From Nitrosopumilaceae archaeon (GTDB lineage: Archaea; Thermoproteota; Nitrososphaeria; Nitrososphaerales; Nitrosopumilaceae): 64,000 nt of DNA. The notes beneath the pieces are model-generated. The model saw only the letters and a list, made by a program, of their open reading frames with translations. It was not told where the DNA came from and made no database searches. Each line of letters begins with the position of its first letter. The stretch's first letter is position 1. The position numbers and the translations under genes were made by a program. Positions 31,546 to 41,684 of the stretch are shown here, in pieces. The stretch is from NCBI GenBank assembly GCA_965207375.1, contig OZ242274.1, positions 1,728,001 through 1,792,000 of the forward strand, read 5' to 3'.

Positions 31546-31878
31546 GATGAATCTTTACAGACCAAGCTAAAAGATCATTGTATCATATTTTTTTGTCTAA
31601 TCGCATTAATTTTTTTCTGTTATGATAATTATGGTAAAGATACAATATGTTTAGTACCATTACGATATTTTTTGTAACTACTATGAAAAATATAATAGTA
31701 CAACTAACTATTTGATAATAGTCTAATTATTATACCACCAATATGATTAAAATAGTAATAAAACTAGAAAAATAAAAAATTACAAAAAAATGCCAACATC
31801 TGAGGATATCATTCAAAACAAGGACAAAGTGTGCCAAAACAGCAAAACAGGCCCTAGGCCTCAAAAGTAAAATTCGAG

Positions 31879-32712
31879 TTATAGTGACTGGCCTGTTATA
31901 TTTTCAAAGGCCTCAGCATATCTACGAGTCATTTTCTCAACAATAGAAGGTGGGATTTGGGGCGGGGTTGGTTTTTTGCCTGCATTACGGTCAATATCAA
32001 ATTGTCTGGCATAGCCGTGCTCTGCAAGCCAGTCTCGCAGAATTTGCTTGTCGTATGATTCTTGGATTTTTCCAACCCGATACAGGTTCTTTGGCCATAA
32101 CCTGTACTCGTCAGGCCCAATAGAATCACCCAATACGATTTGGTTTCCTTCAAAACCAAATTCAAGCTTAAGATCGGCTAAAATAAAACCTGCAGAGTCT
32201 GCAATGCCTGCCATTTTGTTATAAATCTCGATGGATTTTGTAGACAGCCAGTCAAACTGTTGCTCAGATACAAGATTCATTTCAAGTGCGATTTTTTTGG
32301 TTACAGGCATGTCATGTTCGGATTTAGTGGTAGGATCAAATATAGGAACGGGTAGTTTTGATGCAATTTCGGTTATAGTACCATCAGGTACAGAGATTTC
32401 ACCTTTCTTCCAGCGATGTATCAAACTACCATAAAAATAACCGCGAACCACACACTCCATCGGAATCATTTTCATCTTTTTAACGATAATTTCTGTATCT
32501 GATTCCCGTCTTATGAAATGATTTTTTACATCTAGTGTCTCAAACCAATATTGGGCAAACCGGCAGAGAACCTTGCCTTTTTTTGGAATGTCTTGTGTAA
32601 ACTTTACGTCATATGCAGAGACTCGGTCACTGAATTTGAAAAGCAGGTAAGAATCATCAAATTCGTAAATATCCTTTACTTTGCCTGATGCAAGAAATTC
32701 CAAGTAAAACAT
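31879..32712 (-). CDS. purC: Phosphoribosylaminoimidazole-succinocarboxamide synthase
   Basis: [47 protein letters not shown]. Confidence 0.96.
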   Translation of the reverse strand: MFYLEFLASGKVKDIYEFDDSYLLFKFSDRVSAYDVKFTQDIPKKGKVLCRFAQYWFETLDVKNHFIRRESDTEIIVKKMKMIPMECVVRGYFYGSLIHRWKKGEISVPDGTITEIASKLPVPIFDPTTKSEHDMPVTKKIALEMNLVSEQQFDWLSTKSIEIYNKMAGIADSAGFILADLKLEFGFEGNQIVLGDSIGPDEYRLWPKNLYRVGKIQESYDKQILRDWLAEHGYARQFDIDRNAGKKPTPPQIPPSIVEKMTRRYAEAFENITGQSL

Positions 32713-32924
32713 GTCCGGTTTGGATGGAAATTAACTTTTTCACAAGTGTCAACGTCACACCAGAATTAATTCTATTTTTTGAAATTTCATGTCTAAATTA
32801 TCATAAATTCAAAACATTAACAGATACAATAAATTCAAGGTATTAATTAAACAATCTTACATTATTTTTATTGAATCATTTAATTATCTATATCGTTTCA
32901 TGATATCTATGAAAGCATTATCTC

Positions 32925-33013
32925 TAGTTTTCATGGCATCTGCCGCTTGTAGATGCTACATTAGGAACCCCCCCCCATACATTACACGGTATAGTTTTCA
33001 TGGCATCTGCCGC
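32925..33013 (+). repeat. 22-bp direct repeat flanking a C9 tract in a signal-peptide coding region
   Basis: TAGTTTTCATGGCATCTGCCGC at 32925 and 32992; C9 at 32968-32976. Confidence 0.85.
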
Positions 33014-35330
33014 AGGATTGTTATTATTATTTACACCGACTTTAGCAGAGGCCCATTCTCCAACTGATGATGACTTTTTATGCAAAAGTGACAAATTGAT
33101 GACGCAGTTTGGAGCGGAAATAGTCCCAAGATCAATTTACAACCCAGACGGTACAGTACGTTTCACTTTCTTGGATATGGTAGGAGGACAACGTGGCCAA
33201 TTGGGTGTTTATACCGACTCTGATGGTATAACCTACACATGCATTAACTATTATGACAATCAATTACAGTTTGATACTGCTACACGCGTACAATATAGCA
33301 GAGCTACAGACACATACACTGTACCACCTGGCCAAAATTACCATGACGGAATAGAAAGAATTGACATTTTCCATCATAATGGCACTCTAAAAGAATCTAT
33401 TCTATATGAGGCAAAAAGCATTCTAGGTGTTTCAGATGAAGATGATCCGAATAGTAACCCAAATCAAGGCGTGTTTATGAAACTAGAACATCATGAAGAT
33501 GGCACACTAAAAGAAATAATCAATCTTGAGGATGGTGAATCTACAAGTGAAATAAAATTCAAAGAGGGCGGAAACATTGCAACAGAAGTTATCAAACGTG
33601 ACTTGAAGGCAGAAAACACTACAAGGACAGATGAAAACGGTAATTTCCTATTACCTCAAAATAAAACTACATGGCATGATAACGGAATCCAAAAGAGTTA
33701 TTATGAAATATTTCCAGACGGTAAAGATTTGACTATAGAGTGGAATGAATATGGAACTATGACCAAATATGGCAAAACATATTCCAATGATGTGCCGTAT
33801 GTTTTACTAGACTCGTCTGGTCAGAATTTCATAAGCGCTCAAAATATTGCAGATATTTCAAAACCTGCACTTGTGGCTATTGTACGTGATGCCTTAAGAG
33901 AGAATCATCTAGTAGATATAGAGATTAGGAAAGCCATCATACTACAAAACATTAAATCTTTTCTAAAAAATCAACTTCTAAATTTGGATAATGTAGAGAC
34001 TCACAATATAAACGAGGTAAGCACTGCAATTGCAAATGGCATATATGGTGCGATTGTTATTACAGAAGCGGACAATAATCGTGGCAAAAACTATGTTGCA
34101 AGACTTGCAGATGGTTTTGTAAGTGCAGGAATTGCAAATCTTGTCTCTACCGGACATGTTCAAGTCTCGACTCTGTATGACTACACAACCATTGACGGAT
34201 GGACTAGCACAGATCAGAGATTATATGGCATACATTTGCAGACCGGAATAACCCATGACGGCTCTGTAAATGAAGGTCTATGTTATTCTGAAGATAGAGT
34301 ACGTATAACATGCACTGATGATTCTAGGGCAGAATATTTTGAATTTCTAGAGCGTCAGATTCCAAGAACAGGCGGCAGCACTCATGATACTGCATCTGCA
34401 AAATATGACCGTGACTTGAGTAACGAGATAACACCAGAGTTGCTAATTGTTAGGCCAGGTTATGTAGATACGTCTTTACTCAAGGAAGTACAATATGCAA
34501 AATCTCTATTAGAACGCGGTAAATCAATACCAAATGGCCCTAATGATCATGAGACTTGGAATAAGGTACTAGCAGCATTTGGACATTTAGATCAAGGCAA
34601 GATGACAGCATCTGAAGCCCAAGTCAATGTTGATACATACGGAGGCCCATTATGGTCAAGAATTGCAGCAGCAATTAGCGAGTTAGAATCAGATACACCT
34701 GCAGGCATTAACGCAGAATCAATAGAACAGCAACCTATACCGGATTCAATACCTGATTCTATACAAGATACACAAGTTAAGCCTGAACCAGCAATAGACC
34801 CAGAACTAATTGAGGATGTAAAGTACCTTGCAAGTCAAACACATCACGGTGAACAGCATGTAGATAGATGGAATAGAGTTTTGGCAGCATTTGGGATTAT
34901 AGAGCATGATAATCCAATTACAGTTGCCGAGGCTGAAGCAAATACTCAAAAATACTCTAGTCCACTTTGGCCTAAAATTGCAGAAACTTTGAAGGTAATA
35001 GAAGATGCAAATGAACAGCAGCAACAGGAAATACACGTACCACAGGTTAACCAAACATCAAATATCGCACAAGATACACCACAAGTTGTACCTGAACCAA
35101 CACCTGCAATAGACCCAGAACTAATTGAGGATGTGAAGTACCTTGCAAGTCAAGTACATCACGGTACAGAACATGTTGACAGATGGAATAGAGTACTAGC
35201 AGCATTTGGGATTTTACAACATGATAATCCTATGACTGCAGCAGAAGCTGAAGCAAATTCAAAAAAATATTCTAGTCCATTATGGCCTAAAATTGCAGAG
35301 GCTTTGAAAGTAATAGAGAATGCCAGCTAA
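33000..35330 (+). CDS. Secreted protein with MORN/YwqK-like beta repeats and three C-terminal about 70-aa helical repeats
   Basis: HHNGTLKE / HEDGTLKE / WHDNGIQKS repeats; IDPELIEDVKYLASQxHHGxxHVDRWNRVLAAFG...SSPLWPKIAE twice, plus one diverged copy. Confidence 0.8.
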   Translation: MASAAGLLLLFTPTLAEAHSPTDDDFLCKSDKLMTQFGAEIVPRSIYNPDGTVRFTFLDMVGGQRGQLGVYTDSDGITYTCINYYDNQLQFDTATRVQYSRATDTYTVPPGQNYHDGIERIDIFHHNGTLKESILYEAKSILGVSDEDDPNSNPNQGVFMKLEHHEDGTLKEIINLEDGESTSEIKFKEGGNIATEVIKRDLKAENTTRTDENGNFLLPQNKTTWHDNGIQKSYYEIFPDGKDLTIEWNEYGTMTKYGKTYSNDVPYVLLDSSGQNFISAQNIADISKPALVAIVRDALRENHLVDIEIRKAIILQNIKSFLKNQLLNLDNVETHNINEVSTAIANGIYGAIVITEADNNRGKNYVARLADGFVSAGIANLVSTGHVQVSTLYDYTTIDGWTSTDQRLYGIHLQTGITHDGSVNEGLCYSEDRVRITCTDDSRAEYFEFLERQIPRTGGSTHDTASAKYDRDLSNEITPELLIVRPGYVDTSLLKEVQYAKSLLERGKSIPNGPNDHETWNKVLAAFGHLDQGKMTASEAQVNVDTYGGPLWSRIAAAISELESDTPAGINAESIEQQPIPDSIPDSIQDTQVKPEPAIDPELIEDVKYLASQTHHGEQHVDRWNRVLAAFGIIEHDNPITVAEAEANTQKYSSPLWPKIAETLKVIEDANEQQQQEIHVPQVNQTSNIAQDTPQVVPEPTPAIDPELIEDVKYLASQVHHGTEHVDRWNRVLAAFGILQHDNPMTAAEAEANSKKYSSPLWPKIAEALKVIENAS

Positions 35331-35426
35331 CAAGCAATCAATGAATTTTTAAAAATCAAGGTTTACGTAAAACACACTGTATCGTCAAACTCTAGACATG
35401 GCATTAACAATTACACTTTTTCTTGT

Positions 35427-35855
35427 TCAGGATCCCATCATTCCAACCATTTTTGGCGGAGTTCTATATGCCTTGCTTACAATAATGTCATTATCAGCAG
35501 TCACAATGACATAATCCATAGCGTTGTTCTCAGGAGGAGACACAATAATTCGCTTTCCTGGGCCCATCGTGCCAATATCAAGCGTGTCACCCTGGCCAAA
35601 ATTTACACGCACATTTGTCAGAGATTCACTGCCGGTATTTTGTATCGTTACTCTTCCCGTGATGAAGAGGTTTTGTTTGTCCAACAGTGGATCAACGTAA
35701 ATGTCATACTGCTGGGTTGCAATCCCTACATCAGAGATGTTGACTGCAATTACTAGCGCAATAATACCAATTGTGCAGATACCGGCAATCAGAAAACAGT
35801 TGTAGGTTGAAACCAAACGATAGCATTTTGGCAATCTAATAATTAAGAATTTCAT
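35427..35855 (-). CDS. Membrane-anchored hypothetical protein
   Basis: TM helix followed by a beta domain (GRVTIQNTGSESLTNVRVNFG); start uncertain. Confidence 0.75.
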   Translation of the reverse strand: MKFLIIRLPKCYRLVSTYNCFLIAGICTIGIIALVIAVNISDVGIATQQYDIYVDPLLDKQNLFITGRVTIQNTGSESLTNVRVNFGQGDTLDIGTMGPGKRIIVSPPENNAMDYVIVTADNDIIVSKAYRTPPKMVGMMGS

Positions 35856-35888
35856 TATAATGATTCTTCAGCATTATCTGTTAGATAG

Positions 35889-36743
35889 GTGCAGTTACTG
35901 TGGGCCCGGTACAAGAACACCAACAGTGTACAGTATCCATATACTATAGGCAGGCCCACAATAGAACTGCCTAGAAAGAGGGAGCACTATACAGTACTTT
36001 CTGCAAGGACAACCAATCATCTTGCCGCAAAGAGAATAGAGGATATGATTGAGGACCAAATTGGCATACATATATCTCACAATACGATACATCAAATATT
36101 GCGAGAAGATGACATTGTAAAAGAGGAACAAAAAAAGAAGCAACGCCGCAGATGGATCAGATATGAGCGTGAGCACTCTAATTCCATGTGGCATACTGAC
36201 TACAAACAGCTCGATGACGGCAGATGGTTTGTGTCGTATCAGGACGATGCCTCACGATTTGTTGTAGGATATGGTGTCTTTGAGAATGCAACTAGTGAAA
36301 ATGCCATATCTGTACTGATGCAGGCCATCAAAGATCATGGCAAGCCAGCATCCATTCTGACTGACCGTGGCTCTCAATTCTATGCAAATGCAGATACAGT
36401 CAAAAAGAAAGGCGCGTCAGAATATGAAAAGAAACTAGTAGAACTTGACATAAAACACATACTTGCACGGGTGAATCACCCGCAGACAAACGGCAAGCTA
36501 GAACGACTCCATGGAGAACTGCAAAGAAAATTGCACGAATTTGTTGATGTGGTAGGCCCTCCTGGAACTGCAAATCCCATGAATGTACAACCAATAGAAT
36601 CTGATCCAGTAGTACGATTTGTAAGGTGGTACAATTATGAGCGCCCTCATGACTCACTTGATACCTCTAAATTGGAGACTCCTGCACAGGCATTTGCAAG
36701 AAAGATGCCTCCAAATGATATAGTCGAGGAGGTCACAAAATGA
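35889..36743 (+). pseudogene. IS481-family transposase, N-terminally truncated
   Basis: RYEREHSNSMWHTD, DDASR, LTDRGSQF, HPQTNGKLER, YNYERPH. 5' end replaced by the TIR motif at 35862. Confidence 0.85.
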
Positions 36744-36899
36744 CTACACATTACGGGAGTGGAAATGTTATTAGAAATCCAATTATACATGGCGGTGTAA
36801 AAGCCTAATGAAATTCAAATTAATCGATTATGGGAGTCTAACGGGGGTGAACTACTTTTGGGATCCCACAGATAAAAAATAACCTAGCAATACGCAAAA

Positions 36900-37256
36900 C
36901 TAAAGGGGTTTTGCTTGATCGATTCTCTTTTTTAATTTTTGGCTAGTGGGATAGATCCATACTATCGAGCCGTCAGGATTTAGCTGTATCATGTTTGTTT
37001 TTTGCAGATATTCCAGTATGAAGTTAAATGTTGGATACTGCATGGACTTTGGCAGTTTTTTGTTCAGCTGGCTTTTTGTCTCAAAATACTTGTATCTGGA
37101 GATTATCTTGGCCACAGTTGCCACATTTCGTAGTGTAGGGTTGACCTTTTTTGTCGCTTCTAGTAAAAAATCAAGATACTCTACAATCCCCAGATACGGC
37201 TTTGGTTTTTGTTTATTGTCTGTTAATGTTTTCAATGTACATTGTTTATAGTACAT
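36900..37256 (-). CDS. Winged-helix-like protein, probable antitoxin partner of 38379-38690
   Basis: NPTLRNV...KSQLNKKLPKSMQYPTFNFILEYL...DGSIVWI; adjacent to the RelE-like gene once the IS is removed. Confidence 0.6.
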   Translation of the reverse strand: MYYKQCTLKTLTDNKQKPKPYLGIVEYLDFLLEATKKVNPTLRNVATVAKIISRYKYFETKSQLNKKLPKSMQYPTFNFILEYLQKTNMIQLNPDGSIVWIYPTSQKLKKRIDQAKPL

Positions 37257-37280
37257 ATAAGTATATAAAATATATGTATG

Positions 37281-38362
37281 AGAGGTGATCCGTAATTATT
37301 TTTTATGCGTGTCTGCTGCCATCCGGATGCCCTCCCTCAGTCAGGCCATCTGATTCAACCGCCACCATATGCTGCGGTTTACCAAACCGCACACAATATC
37401 GTTGATCCGGTCGTATTTTATGAGTGGATTCCTGTATACGTTTCCCATAATACGCCAGGTTTTAATCCTGCGTATTGCATGTTATACACATACGCGAATC
37501 TTTGAGTGGATTTTGTTGTATTCCTTTTGCTCCTCTGTGAGCTTTGCACCCTTTTTCTTTTTGATTGGAGTGCACAGTATCCCTCCAGGAACCTCAGGTG
37601 CCCCTTGGTATCCTCTGTCTGCATATATGGTGACCTGTGCTTCATCAGGTATTTTCTCTGGAAATGTTGGAGGTTTTTTCTTGTATACTGTAACGTCATG
37701 TACTTTTCCGGGTGAATGACGTGTCTTGTGCACGATTAGTCCATGCGTGTTAGTCGTATATTGTATCTTAGAGGTGTGCGCTCCTGCTTTGCCCGAATAG
37801 TGAGACTTTTCCATGTCCTTGCGTCCTGGTCTTTGTATTTTCTGTTCTGAGGCATCAACAAGACATCTAAGACCTGGAAGAATCTCTTCTAATTCCTCTA
37901 TGGAGGAAATTCTTTGCATCTTGTCATGTATTTTGGAAGGTATAGGAATGCATAGTTTGAGGATGGGCTCTATATGGGTAATAGAGCGCGATACTGATGC
38001 TTGTCCTATTTCAAACATGACTGCTGCTACATCTTGTGTACAGTATGTGCGATAGTAAAACAAAAGCAGCATCACCTGGTCTCGTACATTTAATGCGAAT
38101 CTGCGGCCTGCACCTATTGCGCGCACTCTGTTTTCTCTAGAGAGCCTCTTTTTTTCTGCTCTTGGATACTTTTTTTCCACCTTAGATACCAACAAATCAA
38201 ATTCTTTGGCAGACATGCCTGTTACGGCACGAAATCTTCTGGTATTTTTTACCAGTTTTTCATAGGACATCATGAGTTGTGGTAGATTCGGGCGATATTT
38301 GGATCTTTTTGGTATTGCTAGGCGTGAAATTTAGGAAAATTGGCTAATTACGAATCATCTCT
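37281..38362 (-). mobile_element. IS5-superfamily (ISL2/DDE_Tnp_4-type) element, 18-bp TIR, ATG target duplication
   Basis: AGAGGTGATCCGTAATTA ... TAATTACGAATCATCTCT, flanked by ATG on both sides. Confidence 0.88.
37341..38273 (-). pseudogene. DDE_Tnp_4-type transposase with a nonsense codon at the catalytic Glu
   Basis: VDASEQ, YSGK, ADRGYQG. RVCV*HAIRRIKTWRI continues in frame (expected VEH) to TGA at 37341. Confidence 0.85.
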
Positions 38363-38378
38363 ATGATACATATACGTA

Positions 38379-38690
38379 CTAGTATCTAAATAATCTGTCG
38401 TATTCCTTATGATTCATGATTTTGAGCATTAAGGCCATTTTCTGTCTAGTTTTTGTATCCACTGTAATGGTATAGAGCAATCTGTCTGAATCAGATAACC
38501 TGACACGATACAAACAGTCAAATTCATTACGAAACTTTTTGGGCCATCTATCAAAGGTAATGGCATCTCCCATAATTTGCTCGTGTTCTAGCAAATCCTT
38601 AACATCTCGAATTCGTGTTTTTCTAGGATCGTTATCTGATAGCGCTGCATACATTGGAGCAAAGTCTTTGCTGTCTCCTAACACCAGCAT
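38379..38690 (-). CDS. RelE/ParE-like toxin
   Basis: LYRVRLSDSDRLLYTI...KIMNHKEYDRLFRY. Confidence 0.65.
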   Translation of the reverse strand: MLVLGDSKDFAPMYAALSDNDPRKTRIRDVKDLLEHEQIMGDAITFDRWPKKFRNEFDCLYRVRLSDSDRLLYTITVDTKTRQKMALMLKIMNHKEYDRLFRY

Positions 38691-38724
38691 GATTGTACTA
38701 GGACTATGTGTTAATAAACAAAAT

Positions 38725-38806
38725 GTACTTGTTCACATAATAGAATTAATTTGTACCCAGATGGTGATGTAATGATTGAAAAATTAGGAACGAGGTGAAC
38801 AAGTAC
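38725..38806. mobile_element. 82-bp MITE with perfect IS66-type TIRs
   Basis: GTACTTGTTCAC...GTGAACAAGTAC; no coding capacity. Confidence 0.85.
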
Positions 38807-38976
38807 GATTTATCCAAGCAGTCATTTTTTATTCCCATAACACTTTTTCGTGCATTGTTAATACTTTCAAAGATTTTGAAACCCATAGAAGATTTAACCG
38901 ACAATATAAAAAAGGATCAGGGTAATAACATAATCCACTTAAAACTTAAAGTAGAATCTTTAGAAAATTATACACA

Positions 38977-39810
38977 ACGGCCACAAGATCTGCAATTGAG
39001 TGGACGGAAGCAACATGGAATCCATCTACAGGATGTACAAAAATATCGCCAGGATGTGCTAACTGCTATGCAGAAAAACTATCAAAACGCTTACAACAGA
39101 TGAGAGTAGGAAAATACTCTAAAGGATTTGATTTTGTTGAGCACGATAAGGATTTAGAATTGCCACTGACTTGGAAAAAGCAACGAAAAATATTTGTAAA
39201 CAGTATGTTAGATTTATTCCACGAACAGGCAAGTATGGAGTTTATCCAAAAATGCTTCTTTACAATGATAAAAGCACACTGGCACACATACCAGGTATTA
39301 ACAAAAAGACCAGAAAGACTGAAGGAATTTTCCTATCAATTTGAACATAAATTTGGTGAAAAAATACCCAGTCACATATGGGTCGGAACAAGTGTTGAGA
39401 ATCAAAAATATACATCACGAATAGAAGAATTACGCAAGGTTGCATGCACTATACGATTTATTAGTTTTGAGCCGATGTTAGATTCAATCACAGATGTAGA
39501 TTTGAAGAATATCGATTGGGCCATAATCGGAGGAGAAAGCGGTGCAGGATTCAGAGAGATAAAAAAGAAACGGATTACAGATTTGATTAAAGAGTGTAAA
39601 AGGCAAAAAGTTGCAGTATTTTTTAAACAATGGGGAGGATTTAGGCCAAAATCAAGAGGTAGAGAAATTAATGGAAAAACATATGATCAATATCCAATTA
39701 TTTCAAATGCACAAAGTGAAAAGATCAAAAGCAAGTTGTTACAGCAAGTTCTTTCACATGAATTAAAAGAATCAGGCAACATGATACAACTAGAACCAAG
39801 TTTGCAATAA
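38977..39810 (+). CDS. DUF5131 (phage Gp37/Gp68-like radical SAM) protein; start codon appears to be ACG
   Basis: In-frame extension upstream of 39100: ATRSAIEWTEATWNPSTGCTKISPGCANCYAE; also FVNSMLDLFH, LTKRPER, SFEP, GGESG, FFKQWGG. Confidence 0.88.
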   Translation, partial: TATRSAIEWTEATWNPSTGCTKISPGCANCYAEKLSKRLQQMRVGKYSKGFDFVEHDKDLELPLTWKKQRKIFVNSMLDLFHEQASMEFIQKCFFTMIKAHWHTYQVLTKRPERLKEFSYQFEHKFGEKIPSHIWVGTSVENQKYTSRIEELRKVACTIRFISFEPMLDSITDVDLKNIDWAIIGGESGAGFREIKKKRITDLIKECKRQKVAVFFKQWGGFRPKSRGREINGKTYDQYPIISNAQSEKIKSKLLQQVLSHELKESGNMIQLEPSLQ

Positions 39811-39878
39811 GCTAGTCAAGATGAAAGAGTAAGGGATGGAGCGCAAAAATCTAATTAAAAAAATATTCTAGATTTACT

Positions 39879-40160
39879 TTATTCTGTAACTGTGACTCCA
39901 TTCCAAAACGCCACCATGCCCTTGATTTTTTTGGCAGCATCATTTGGCTCTGCATAGTACCAGGCACAATCCTTGTTTGTTTTACCATCGACAGTCACAG
40001 TATAATAATTTGCCATGCCCTTCCAACCGCAAAATGACGTAAAAGATGTCTTGTGAAAATACTCTTGATGTATAGAATCAAAGGGAAAATAGTGGTTGCC
40101 TTCTACTATTACGGTATCATCACTTTGAGCAATGATCTTATTGTTCCAAATTGCCTTCAT
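39879..40160 (-). CDS. DUF427 domain protein
   Basis: MKAIWNNKIIAQSDDTVIVEGNHYFP, CGWKGMANYY, VAFWNGV. Confidence 0.92.
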   Translation of the reverse strand: MKAIWNNKIIAQSDDTVIVEGNHYFPFDSIHQEYFHKTSFTSFCGWKGMANYYTVTVDGKTNKDCAWYYAEPNDAAKKIKGMVAFWNGVTVTE

Positions 40161-40310
40161 GTACGAAATGCACATACGGTACTTAAAAAAATTACCCGAG
40201 TTAGTTTGTGTTATAGCTCTAATTTCATGCGTAATTTTGTATGTTTGAAATAGAGTTTAGGCAGGGTTACAACACTAAGAATATATCCCATAAAATTAGA
40301 ATATTTTTTT

Positions 40311-40814
40311 GATTCTTCTGCATTAATTGTTGGTAAAAAGCCATTTGAATAAGTACATGTGGCATTCAATGCATTGCATGTATACTCACACATAGCAAAT
40401 GTAGGTATAGTTAAAAAGAACAACAACGTCTAGGAAAGATTCAACGAAACACTACGGGATATACAACGGCTTGGATGTTGCATTAAAAGTAAAAACTCGG
40501 TAATATTTCCAAGATGTGAGGCTTATTACAATTTTATGTGACCACACTCAAGTCTTGGAGGCAAGACACCTGCAGAGGCAGCAGGTATAACCATACACGG
40601 ACAAAAGTGGAGGATCGTAATATCAAACGCTGTATTATACGTGCAATAAACTCTAATGTCAAAGTTACATGTGTGATGAAATAATGGCAACTCAGAGACG
40701 ATTATGTTCTGTTAATGTGTGATTGATCTGCTTGTACAGGCAGTAATCTAGGCAGGGGCAATCTGGAGAAAATTTGTATATTGATGTTTTATCAACAATT
40801 AACGCTGAAGAATC
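40311..40814 (+). mobile_element. Internally deleted IS6-like element (about 504 bp) with TIRs and a transposase C-terminal remnant
   Basis: GATTCTTCTGCATTAATTGTTG ... CAACAATTAACGCTGAAGAATC. 40390-40649 encodes NNNV*ERFNETLRD...YYNFM*PHSSLGGKTPAEAAGI. Confidence 0.78.
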
Positions 40815-40860
40815 TCAGAAAATATGAAATCTTATAATACTGTTTTGATGTAAATATATC

Positions 40861-40968
40861 ATGAACCACGATGAGAAGGAAGATCCTGAAATGAAAGAAC
40901 TTGAAAAGGAAGTAGAAAAAGGATTAAAACGCAACAGCATTGTACATAACCTGCTTCATGATCTTTAA
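40861..40968 (+). CDS. Small acidic putative antitoxin (35 aa)
   Basis: MNHDEKEDPEMKELEKEVEKGLKRNSIVHNLLHDL; overlaps the Doc start. Confidence 0.55.
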   Translation: MNHDEKEDPEMKELEKEVEKGLKRNSIVHNLLHDL

Positions 40969-41545
40969 TTCTATAACTCCAAAAGAAATTATCTACATCC
41001 ACAAACTTGTTGAAAAAAGATTCAATTTACCATCTGGTCACATTAAAAACGGCGAACTAGAAACCCTTGTTTCCAAATGCTACAAGATACCATTTGCCAA
41101 AGAACGAACCGATGTCCTTGAACAAGCGGCGATTTTATTTGAAGGAATCATTCGACTTCACATATTCATTGATGGTAACAAAAGAACGGCGTTGGAAACC
41201 ACTCGTGTGTTTTTAAACCGTAATGATTGCATACTAGTAGTACCATTAAGTGGCGCTAATTTCATCTATAAAATTGCACAAAATTGTACTTCAGATACAG
41301 AGCAAATATTGTCTAAAATCACCAATTGGTTGAAATCACATACTGCAAAAAGAAATCAACATTACAAGATAAAGGGATTGTTAATGGTTCACTTTTACCT
41401 GCCACTATTTACAATACGCTTTTTTACAAAAATTAAACTGCGGAGATGTGGCAGATGGATTATCAAAAAATATCTTACGAATAAAGATCCACAGATCACA
41501 GAGTTTATGCTGGAAATTTATGAAAAACAATTAGATTTATTTTAG
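40958..41545 (+). CDS. Fic/Doc family toxin
   Basis: HIFIDGNKRTA Doc-type motif; ATG 40958 preferred. Confidence 0.9.
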   Translation: MIFNSITPKEIIYIHKLVEKRFNLPSGHIKNGELETLVSKCYKIPFAKERTDVLEQAAILFEGIIRLHIFIDGNKRTALETTRVFLNRNDCILVVPLSGANFIYKIAQNCTSDTEQILSKITNWLKSHTAKRNQHYKIKGLLMVHFYLPLFTIRFFTKIKLRRCGRWIIKKYLTNKDPQITEFMLEIYEKQLDLF

Positions 41546-41684
41546 ATTCGTGATTACATTAGATGTGCTTGTTCACTTCATGTCTAATTTTTTAATCATT
41601 ACATCACCCTTTGGGCATAAATTAACTCCCATATGAAAAATCCCTTGGCTACGTGCCGGATCCTATACAGCGTGCATTTGCAGA

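Noticed and set aside
34790-35330. DGR template/variable repeat pair
   Set aside because: Both copies are in-frame domains, differences are not adenine-specific, and there is no reverse transcriptase in the window.
38795-39103. 102-aa ORF
   Set aside because: Starts inside a MITE TIR and overlaps the true DUF5131 N-terminus in another frame.
39100-41545. Provirus (phage Gp37/Gp68-like and Doc genes)
   Set aside because: No capsid, terminase, integrase or att pair seen.
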